Source: Prasinococcaceae sp. CCMP 1430 | Taxonomy: Eukaryota; Plantae; Prasinodermophyta | Assembly: GCA_013416795.1 (NCBI GenBank) | Contig: RQSC01000518.1 | Location: forward strand, 162,533 to 226,532 | Length of the DNA: 64,000 bases | Direction: 5' to 3' | Part shown: positions 21,291 through 30,582 of the stretch, piece by piece | How the letters are laid out: each line of letters opens with the position of its first letter | How positions within the stretch are numbered: position 1 is the stretch's first letter | Program-made: the position numbers and the translations under genes | Notes under the pieces: generated by a model | Told to the model about the DNA's origin: nothing | Seen by the model: the letters and a program-made list of their open reading frames with translations, nothing else | Databases searched by the model: none

Positions 21291-22004
21291 ATGGCCGCCG
21301 TGCTCGCCCGCGCCGCCGTGCACACCTCGAACCTCTTCCTGACGGCCTCGGCACAGAACCTGCTGGACGCTCCCGCCGCGCGCCGCTCCGCGCCCCGCGC
21401 TGCTGCGCCCAAGGCCGACACCAAGGCTGCCGGTGCGTTGCGCCGCGCCGTGCAGGGCTGTGCGCGCGGCCTGCCGTGCAGGGGGGGTGTGCGGGGGAAA
21501 GATGTGAAGAGGCGAAGGCGCGACAGTGAAGAGGCGATCGCGCACGCGCGAAGGGCGGTGTGGTGTGAGGCGAGAGATGAGAGGCGCGCACAGGACGGCA
21601 TGCGCTCGGGTGCGCTTGTCTGTCGCAGTGTGTGTGCGGCGGGGGAGGGAGGGCTCGCTTGAGAGCCATGTCCTCCTGCCCCGCGTGAGGGGGGTCACGC
21701 GACACGCCTGGCGCGCGTGCTGTGCGCCGCGCATGTCGCTCGAGCCGAGATCGCGCGCGATGGCCCATCGTGCTGACTTGACTGGCCGTGGCGCGGTGGA
21801 CGCGCCTTGACCCATCTCGCCTCCGCAGTGCTGTCGACCACCGCGGTGACCACCGCGGCGGCCGCCGCGCCCGCGTTCGCTGTGCAGGATGCCGTGTTCG
21901 AGACCGCGAACGCCGCGCAGTGGTACCCGCTCGAGCTCGCGGGCCTGCTGGGCGCCACCGTCGGCATCTACCTGTTCCTCAACAAGGTCGTGAAGCTGAT
22001 CTAA
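21291..22004 (+). CDS. Small (105 aa) plastid-type precursor with bipartite presequence and one C-terminal TM helix; exons 21291-21432 and 21829-22004
   Basis: The GTGCG...CGCAG intron gives an in-frame join. Presequence ends AAAPAFA; predicted mature part VQDAVF...LAGLLGATVGIYLFLNKVVKLI. Confidence 0.7.
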
Positions 22005-22213
22005 ACGCTTTCTGCTCGCGCGCGCTGGCGCGCAAGTGTCACATTTAACAGGTAGGACCAGAACCGCACAGTTTGACCACGCGCGAGCGAGGCACCAGAG
22101 GGTGGCTGCGGTGTTGGGGGGTGGGCACAGGATAGCATACAACGGGCTATTATTACATGGGGCACCGCTCGCGCCACGCACGTCCGTCGACTGGGCGGCC
22201 GCCGCCGCTCACG

Positions 22214-23746
22214 CTAGCATGCCCTGCCGACGCCCTTGGCGACCCCCTGGAGCATGCGCGAGTTCGACAGCGCAGACTCGATGTCCTCGGCGGGCACACG
22301 CAGCGCCACCTTCTGCTTGCGATACGCGCGAGAGTTTCCCGCAATGGCCACCAGCCCTTGGTCGCTGAGCACGCTGATGACGGTCGACATTTCGGGCTCC
22401 GCCAGTGGCGCCAGGCGGGCGGCCGCGCACAGCTGCACGTACGTGTCCCGCAGCTCGCTCACGAGGCACTGCGGCCCAGCCGCGTTGCGCTCCACGCGCC
22501 GCACGACCGCGGCGAGCAACAGCTGCTGCTGCGGCGGCAGCTTCTTGACGAGCGACGACGACTGGTCGCGCAGCACCGCCGACAGAGCAGCGGCCATGTG
22601 ACTCACGGTCACCGTGAGGCGCTTCTTGGGCGCCCCTGATCCGGAGGCCGCCGCCAACTGGGTCGCCTGCTGCGCCTGCGCTCGCTCGAGCGCCGCCGTG
22701 CACACCTGCAGCGCGCGGCGCATGTCACCGGTCGCGGCGGCCACGCGCCGCGCGCAGAGCTGGAGCGCTTGCGGCACGAATCGTGGCGCGTCGGGGTCCT
22801 CCTCCGTGCCCTCCGCCACTTCCTCGCCGAGCCTCGCGCCGAGCAGCGTGGTCAGTTCGGCCGCGGTGTATGCTGGCATCACAACCTCCGCCGGCTCGAT
22901 GCCCGCGGCGCGTAGCTCGTCCCGCGCGTGAATGGCAAAATCGAGCGCGTTCGCGACGCCGACGATGAGCCCGTGGGCGCCCGGCGCGGTCACCATCGCG
23001 AACAGCGCGCACAGCGACGCCAGGCCCTCGGCGCCGCGCAGCATGGCGTCCAGCTCGTCCAGCACGATGACCGGCATGCGCTGCGGGTGCTTGCCGCCGC
23101 GCCCGCCGCCGGCTCCCTTGCCCGCGACCGGCTTGAGCGGCTTCTCCTGGCCCGGTGGCCGATTGTTGAAGCGCTTGCGCACGCGCGCAGCGGCCACGTG
23201 GGGCTCGATCGGGCCCGCGCCCTGCTCGGGCTCCAGGCCCGCCAGCGCCTGCTCCCACACCGCCTCGGGCGCGCGCAGGGCCATGCAGTTCACCCACGCG
23301 ACTGCGGGTGCGGGCATGCGCTCGCTCCGCGCCCACGCCTCCGCCGCCGAGAGCGCGGCGGCCGTCGTCAGGCTCTTGCCCACCCCCGGCACGCCGCTCG
23401 TGAAGATCACGCCTGCTCGCCGCGTCCTGGACACGCGCTGCATTTCCTTGAGCATCGCCGCGTGCTCCGCCTCACGGCACGCTACCCCACAGCCTGCGGC
23501 ACCCGAGGCGCCCGCACGACCCCTGGGTCGCTCCGTCGCGAGGGCGGCGCCCGCAGCGAGGTCGAGCGCCTCAGACACGGCGCGCTGCCGCGCGGCCGTC
23601 TTCCTCCCCCTCCCTGCGCCCGCATCCGCGCCGCTGTCCTCCCTGCCGCGCTTGAGCGCGCCGGCGCCCGCGCCCGCGCCTGCATTCGCGCCCGCTCGCG
23701 TCGCGGGCGTGGCCGGTGGTGCACCGGCTGCAGTCGTTAGCGCCAT
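22214..23746 (-). CDS. CDC6: Cell division control protein 6 (CDC6/Cdc18), AAA+ ATPase with winged-helix domain
   Basis: Walker A SGVPGVGKS, VNCM, Walker B IVLDELD, VANALD, PAYT..EL, GDMRRAL, C-terminal WH domain. Confidence 0.88.
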   Translation of the reverse strand: MALTTAAGAPPATPATRAGANAGAGAGAGALKRGREDSGADAGAGRGRKTAARQRAVSEALDLAAGAALATERPRGRAGASGAAGCGVACREAEHAAMLKEMQRVSRTRRAGVIFTSGVPGVGKSLTTAAALSAAEAWARSERMPAPAVAWVNCMALRAPEAVWEQALAGLEPEQGAGPIEPHVAAARVRKRFNNRPPGQEKPLKPVAGKGAGGGRGGKHPQRMPVIVLDELDAMLRGAEGLASLCALFAMVTAPGAHGLIVGVANALDFAIHARDELRAAGIEPAEVVMPAYTAAELTTLLGARLGEEVAEGTEEDPDAPRFVPQALQLCARRVAAATGDMRRALQVCTAALERAQAQQATQLAAASGSGAPKKRLTVTVSHMAAALSAVLRDQSSSLVKKLPPQQQLLLAAVVRRVERNAAGPQCLVSELRDTYVQLCAAARLAPLAEPEMSTVISVLSDQGLVAIAGNSRAYRKQKVALRVPAEDIESALSNSRMLQGVAKGVGRAC

Positions 23747-24961
23747 GCTCCCCCCTCTTCCCCTCCCCCCCTGCCCCGGCTGCCTGTCACCGGCCGACTT
23801 TTGCCGCCTCGCCGTGGCAGCGCGCTTCGGCACCGGCCTGCGCCCTGCACCTGCCCGTTCCCGGCCTCCGCCGCGGAGGACAAATGTGACGCGGCGCGCC
23901 CCTCGCAGCTTCCCCACCCCTCTCCCACCCCGTCCCTCTTCTTCCCCCACCCACCCCACCCCCCCCCACTCCAGCCTGCCTGCCCTGCCTTCGCCCACGC
24001 CCGCGCGCCCGCGCGCCCGCGGCGGGCGCGGCGCAATTCCAATGGTTTTCGGGTTTTAGGCGCCCGTGCTCGCGGCGGAACGGTGCGCGCCCCGGCGGCT
24101 GGCAGCCCCTGGCTGGCACCCCACAGCCGGCCCTCGCTGCCCGTCCGACCCCTATGTGCCGGCTAGGGTTCGCTTTCAATTACGGTATCTCACTCATCAG
24201 ACCAGGTAAAAGGACGATCCAGGGTCATCACATGTTCGGCGGCCAGGCCAGCGGCGGCCGGCGGCGGCTGTGGGATCACAGTGCGCGCGCCGCCCGCCCC
24301 CCCCCCCCCCCCCCTTTCGCTCTCCTCCCGGGCGTGGCATCGGCGCCGCGGCGGGAGGGGTGGGCTGGGATGGGGGGAGGGAGGGGCTTTGAGGCCAGGG
24401 GCGCAGGCGCGTGAGGGCACGAGGCACTGATGGCCGCGGGACGGTGCGTGCGCTCGCGGGTGCGCAGGGCGCGCAGGTGCTCGTTCTCGCTTAGGGCTGT
24501 GCGCACGGGCGCAGTGCAGTGGCGGCGGCGGCGGCGGCCGCGAGCGGCGGAAGCGTGTGGCAGCGGCGCGTCCCAATGACGATCAAACAATATTAGATGA
24601 CGAAGCTGAGCACGCCTTGCGTGGTGGCACCTACACGCGTTTTGCGTGGCCGCCCGCGTGCGTTGGTGAGACAACGAGGCATTTGTCCGAGGGGAGGCGC
24701 CCGAGCGGGCGCGCAAGTGTATGGCAAGCCGAGGCGCCGGGGCTGACTCGAGCGCTCTTCGCGCGGCGCACACAGCCCGGGCCCCAGGCCGCGTCTCAGG
24801 TGACGGAACGCACACAGCCGTCGGGTCGTCAAGGACTGCCAAGGTGAGCCGCGGCCCCCCACCAGGCCAGGAGGCTGGAAGCGCCGCTCGCCCCGTCGTT
24901 GTAAATCATGTACTTCCCCACCACACCCCAAATAGTTATTACAGTAGTTATGCGCCGCACG

Positions 24962-27097
24962 TCAAGGGGCCGCGCCGCGGACGGTGTCGTCGCTGGCCTC
25001 GCCCATGCTCGCCTCAGTTGGGTCGACGTTGCGGGTGGCCTCTGGCTCGACCGTGGCGCCGATGGGCTCGATGTAGCTCCACTCTCCGGTGCCCTTATCG
25101 AGGAACATATTGCACGAGACGTCAAACGACAGCTTGCGGCGAGCGTGCACCAGGCGCCCATTCGCCGTGCGCGTCCATCCGTCCTCACCCTGGGTGGGCA
25201 CCGCGACGCCATCCTCAACCGCGCGCACGAGCGCGGCGAGCGGCGCGGTGCCTTCGCGGCACGTCAACAGCACGCTGCCTGCGCCGGCAGCCGGCGCCAG
25301 CGTCAGACGCACGGACGCCTCGCTTCCTGGCATCGTCTCAATGCGCGCGATGTCCGCGAGCTTCAACTCGATCGCAGGCTTGCCAAAAAAACCATACAGG
25401 GCCAGCGCCGAACGCGTCAGGTACATGCGCCCGCGTGCGCGCGCGTGCGCGGCGGGCAGGTCCTCCAGCCCGAGTGCACCGCTAGCGTCAAACGTTGCCT
25501 CGGCGTCGGCGAGCAGCGCGCGTGCCCCTCCGAGCGAGGGGAACGAACGCCCGAACGCCGCGCCCGTTGCAACCGCCCTCCACTCGGACACCACCCGCCA
25601 GCAGGCGAGGATCACCAGGGCGGCGAGCGCTGCCTGCTCAAGCGGCGCTTTGTACGCCCATGGAAGCACGCACTTCACGCCCACCATGAGTGCCGCGAAC
25701 GCCAGCAGGCGCGCGACGACGTCCGCACGGCGAAGGGCGCTACTCATGGCGGCGAAGACCTGCGGCAGGCTCGCCGCGGCCTTATCCGATCGCGCCGATG
25801 CGGGCCGCGGCGCGCCGAGCGCATCGTCCTCCTTCGCTCGCGTTTTGCCCCGCCGCCGCTGTCGCGCCGCCGGCCGCGCCGCTACGCGGCTCTGCATGCC
25901 CCTGGCGGCGAACACGAGCGCGGCGACACCCACGCCGACGGTCGCCGCTGTGGCGACCAGCACTCGCAGAGTCGCGGGAAGCTTTGAGGGCAGCGCGGGC
26001 GTGGTGAGGGTCGCCGGGCGGGACCCACCCTCTGCAGCGGCCTCGAGCGCGCGATCGAAGTCATGGCCGCCCTCCCCGCGATGCGTGCGCGTGGCGAGGC
26101 GGTAGCGCGCGTGCACGGCCGCCAGGCTGTCGGGACGCGGTCCGGTGCTCTCGAGCTTCCGCTTTGGCTCGGCGCCCAAGTACAGAGAGTCAGCCCCCGC
26201 GCCGCCCGTCAGCGGCCGGGCACCCGGCGGCGGGGCCTCCGCAGCCCCCGTGACCCCAGCTCCGTCGAGGGCGTCGAGCGCCGCCGCCTCAGCCCTCGCC
26301 TCCGCCTCGAGCGCCTCGATGTCCACACCCATGCGCGCCGCCTCGCGGCGAAAGCGGTCGACTGCCGCGCTTTGTCCCTCTTCGACTCGTCGTATGGACT
26401 CGCGCAGCTGGGGCGACAGCTCGTTGAGCGCGGCATCCACCTCGCCGCCGCTGCCCATGATGTCCGCGCCCGCGCCGCGTCGCGCGCCGCCGCTGCGCTG
26501 CAGCGCCTCCTGACTCTGACGCAGCAACTCGCGCGCGGCGGCCTTCTCCTCCTCCGTCCAGCGCGTGACCACGCCGAGCTCGTTGTCCGCATCGTCGCCA
26601 CCAAACACGTAGCCCGCCGGGCGCCCATTGACATCGCTGTCAAAGTTGGCGTCGATGGGGTAGTCTGCAGGGAAGTCCTCCGTGCGCGGCACGTACGGCG
26701 CTGCGGCCGAGTCTGCGTCCGCGCCACCGCCGCCGCCACCGCCGCCGCCGCTCCCTCTGCCGCCACCGCCGACGCTGTCCCCAGGCGCACCAACGCCGCC
26801 GCTGGCACGCGAGCGCGTCAGCATGTCGTCTAGCTCCTTGAGCTGGCTCTCCAGTCCCGGCGCAGACTCCAGCGGGGACGCAGTGCGCAGCGGCGGCCTG
26901 CCTGCGCCGCCCACACCCGGCGGCCCGGCCTCGCAGCGGGCCGCAGCGCGTCGCAGCACCGAGGGGGAGCGGCGCGGGCCGCCGCGCCACAGAGCGCGGC
27001 GCGGGCGCGCGGGCGGGAGGGTGCGCACCCCTCCACCGCCCCCACCCAACCGAACAAACGCCCAGACACCCGGACACCTGCCGACCCACTTCACCAT
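24962..27097 (-). CDS. Membrane protein with C-terminal GRAM-like domain; start codon uncertain
   Basis: Long ORF with acidic region, 2-3 TM segments and GRMYLTRSALALYGFFGKPAIELKLADIARIE (GRAM-like). Confidence 0.55.
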   Translation of the reverse strand: MVKWVGRCPGVWAFVRLGGGGGGVRTLPPARPRRALWRGGPRRSPSVLRRAAARCEAGPPGVGGAGRPPLRTASPLESAPGLESQLKELDDMLTRSRASGGVGAPGDSVGGGGRGSGGGGGGGGGADADSAAAPYVPRTEDFPADYPIDANFDSDVNGRPAGYVFGGDDADNELGVVTRWTEEEKAAARELLRQSQEALQRSGGARRGAGADIMGSGGEVDAALNELSPQLRESIRRVEEGQSAAVDRFRREAARMGVDIEALEAEARAEAAALDALDGAGVTGAAEAPPPGARPLTGGAGADSLYLGAEPKRKLESTGPRPDSLAAVHARYRLATRTHRGEGGHDFDRALEAAAEGGSRPATLTTPALPSKLPATLRVLVATAATVGVGVAALVFAARGMQSRVAARPAARQRRRGKTRAKEDDALGAPRPASARSDKAAASLPQVFAAMSSALRRADVVARLLAFAALMVGVKCVLPWAYKAPLEQAALAALVILACWRVVSEWRAVATGAAFGRSFPSLGGARALLADAEATFDASGALGLEDLPAAHARARGRMYLTRSALALYGFFGKPAIELKLADIARIETMPGSEASVRLTLAPAAGAGSVLLTCREGTAPLAALVRAVEDGVAVPTQGEDGWTRTANGRLVHARRKLSFDVSCNMFLDKGTGEWSYIEPIGATVEPEATRNVDPTEASMGEASDDTVRGAAP

Positions 27098-27864
27098 GGG
27101 CAGGGGCGAGGGCAAGGGCGAGGGCATCGAGCCCGTGGCCGGCTCGACGTCCTCGATGACGGCGCTCAACCCGGGCAGCACAGACTCGGACCCGCCGACG
27201 CCGACGCTGGGCGGCGCGCCGCTCGACGCGGACGACGTCCAGGCGAAGCTCTCGGCGCGCTACAAGGTGCGGAGCGCGAGCGCGAGCGCGCGCGCGCAAA
27301 TCAGGCTGCGCTGCGTACTCTTCGAGGGCGCGCTGCCTCGCGCAGCTCGCGCCCCCCCGACGCTCGCTGCGGCGCCTCTGACGGGCGCGGCGGCGCGCGG
27401 CACCGCAGGTGGACAACGGCTTCCACGAGCGCTGGGGCTGGAGCGAGACTGTGTTCGCCGGCTGGCCGTACGTCGCCGCGGGCTTCGCCTTCTACAAGGT
27501 GCGACGGAGAGAGAGAGAGAGAGAGAGCCTGCGCGCCCTCGTGCGCTTTCCCCCCGTCGCCGCCCGCGCCCGCCCGCCCGCCCGCGCGTTGAGAGGGCGA
27601 GGGGCTGACGCGCGCACCCGCGCCGCGCTCGCTCGCTCGCCTGCTTCTAAAACCTAAAATGACAAACCTCAATAGAACCTAACCTCAACCCTCCCCTCCG
27701 CCCCCACCCAGGTCACCTCCCCCCCCACCGACCGACCTCTGCCCACGTGGTACCACGAGGGCGGCAGCTGCCCGGGGTCGCGGATCTCCATCCGATGTCG
27801 GTGCGGCTCCAGCCAGCCACGGCGCGCCTTCACCCGACCCAACGAACCAACCAACCGCATGTGA
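27096..27864 (+). CDS. Small hypothetical spliced protein; exons 27096-27266, 27409-27498, then from about 27712
   Basis: AC-rich leader then caccATG; two clean phase-0 GTGCG...CAG introns; ...LSARYK|VDNGFHERWGWSETVFAGWPYVAAGFAFYK|. Last exon doubtful. Confidence 0.45.
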
Positions 27865-28623
27865 GTTCGGTCGAGTGTATCTATTTACAATATGGATATG
27901 ATGGTACTTCCGACCAACCAACCAGTGCCCCGTCCGTGTGCCGTTCGTGCCACCGTCCGGATCCGGATCTGGATCGTGCTGCGCAGCCTCAGAGCACGCA
28001 GCGATTCTCCAGCCAGTCGAAAGTATCCGTCCGTCCGTCTGTCTGCTGCATTGTCACGATGGCCGACCGAAACCGACCGAACCGACCGAAACCGAACCGA
28101 CCCGACCCGAACGGCTCTCCGGATGGCTCTTTCCGGACCGGGCCCGCTCGCCTCTTTCCCTTTCGGCCTTTCCGCTCTTCTCCCGCGCTCGCGCGCGTGC
28201 CTGCCGGCTGGGTGGGTTGTGTGTGTGGGTGTCTCGTTGGCTTTGCTGCGCCCTCCGGCGGCCGCTTTCGGGGTTTGCGGAGCGGATTTCGCGCCGTCCG
28301 GCGGATGCGGCCGCCGCCCGCGCGCGCCCGCCACGCGCCCCCCTCCCGAAAGCGCGTTTCTGAGGGCGCCTCCGCACTGCGTTCGTCCCGCCTCCGCCCG
28401 AAACGCCCGCGTCCGAAATGCGCGCTCGCCGCAGATTGCTCCCGATCCAAAAATCTGAGGATCAGGCCGGCGGGCGCGCGCGCGCGCGGCGCGCGCGGAC
28501 GGGTCCGGGGTACGCTTCGGAGGATGCGCGTGTTTGAGGTTACATGGTATTAGGGTTCAACATACAGGGGCGACGAACTATCGGCGGCGCCGGCCGGCGG
28601 CGGGCGCGCGGGCGGGCGGGCCA

Positions 28624-28803
28624 NNNNNNNNNNNNNNNNNNNNNNNNNNNNNNNNNNNNNNNNNNNNNNNNNNNNNNNNNNNNNNNNNNNNNNNNNNNNN
28701 NNNNNNNNNNNNNNNNNNNNNNNNNNNNNNNNNNNNNNNNNNNNNNNNNNNNNNNNNNNNNNNNNNNNNNNNNNNNNNNNNNNNNNNNNNNNNNNNNNNN
28801 NNN
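28624..28803. other. Assembly gap (N run)
   Basis: Run of n. Confidence 1.
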
Positions 28804-30295
28804 CGCGCGCGCCGTGCTGTCGCCCTCGCCAGGCGTGTCAGACGCGGCCGCGCCGAGCGCGGGCGCTTCGGCGTCGGGCGACGGCGAGGCCTTGGCGGGC
28901 GTGCCGTGGGAGCCTGACGCGGAGCATCTGTCCGACTGGCACCGCTACAGCTGGCGCGAGCGGCCCATCCTGCAGCAGCCCAACTACCCCGACCGCGCGG
29001 CGGTTGAGGGCGTGGTGGAGGAGCTGCAGCGCGTGCCGCCGCTCGTGTTCGCAGGCGAGGTGCGACGGCTGCAGCAGCGGCTGGCGGCGGCCGCCGAGGG
29101 CAACGGCTTCGTGCTCTTCGGCGGCGACTGTGCCGAGTCGTTTGACAACTTCTCCACCGATGGCATCCGCGACCTCTTCCGCGTCATCCTGCAGATGAGC
29201 GTCGTGCTCATGTACGGCGCCTCCACGCCCGTGGTCAAGGTGGGGCGCGTGGCGGGGCAGTTCGCCAAGCCGCGCTCCTCGGACACCGAGATGGTGGACG
29301 GCGTGGAGCTGCCTTCGTACCGCGGCGACATCATCAACGGCCCCGAGAACACGCCCGAGGCGCGCGTGCCCGACCCCAAGCGGCTCGTGCGCGCGTACAA
29401 CCAGAGCGCCGCCACGCTCAACCTGCTCCGCGCCTTCGCCAGCGGCGGCTACGCCAGCCTGCTGCGAATGGAGAACTGGGAGCTCGACTTCGTGCGCAAC
29501 TCGGAGCAGGGCGAGCGCTTCCACGAGCTCGCCGCCCAGATGCGCCAGGCGATCAAGTTCATGGAGGCCGCCGGCGTCACCGAGAACTCGCCGGCGTTTG
29601 CCGAGACTGAGTTCTACACGAGCCACGAGTGCCTGCTGATGGACTACGAGTCCACGCTCACCCGCGAGGACTCGACGACGGGGCTGTGGTACAACTGCAG
29701 CGCGCACCTCGTGTGGACGGGCGAGCGCACGCGCCAGCTGGACGGCGCGCACATCGAGTTCATGCGCGGTATCGCCAACCCGGTGGGCGTCAAGATCTCC
29801 GACAAGATGGCCACCGATGAGCTCATCGAGCTCGTGCGCGTGATGAACCCCAACAACACGCCGGGGCGGCTCACGCTCATCACCCGCATGGGAGCCGAGA
29901 AGCTGCGCGACCATCTGCCGCGCTTCATTCGCGCCATCAAGGAGGAGGGCGCGGTGGTCACGTGGGTGTGCGACCCCATGCACGGCAACACCATCACCAG
30001 CACGTGCGGTCGCTTCAAGACGCGCAACTACACGGCCATCAAGGAAGAGCTTGAGGCCTTCTTCGACGTGCACGAGACGGAGGGCTCGCACCCGGGCGGC
30101 ATGCACCTCGAGATGACTGGAGCGGACGTCACCGAGTGCGTGGGCGGCGCCAGCGGCGTCAGCATGGAGGACCTCGACAAGGCGTACGAGACGCACTGCG
30201 ACCCGCGCCTCAACTGCGAGCAGGCGCTCGAGGTGGCGTTCATGGTGGCCGACCGCCTGCAACGCCTCAACAAAGCCAAGGAGACGCAGGCCTGA
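28804..30295 (+). CDS. DHS: Class II DAHP synthase (phospho-2-dehydro-3-deoxyheptonate aldolase); N-terminus hidden in gap
   Basis: QQPNYPD, PPLVFAGE, GGDCAESF, KVGRVAGQFAKPRS, YRGDIING, WTGERTRQ, CDPMHGNT, GGMHLEMTG, HCDPRLN. Confidence 0.97.
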
Positions 30296-30582
30296 GCGCA
30301 GGCTTGGGGCGGGCCGAGCTAGCAAGAGGATCTGCGCCAATTTGGCATCGCCCTTGCCTCCTGTGGCTCGCTCGTCACAGTGCCCGTATTTGCGAGTGAT
30401 CTCGTAATTGGTAAAGGAGAGCTCGCAGATGGCCATTTTCTTGACAGGCATAGGCACGTGTCTTAGAATTGCATGGCGTTGCGTGGCGCGCACGGCGGCC
30501 TTCTTATTATTAGGCGGGGCGAGGAGACGCGGGGAGCAGCCGGCGTGGCTGGCGCGCCCATGCGCGCCCGTGACAGATCCGC

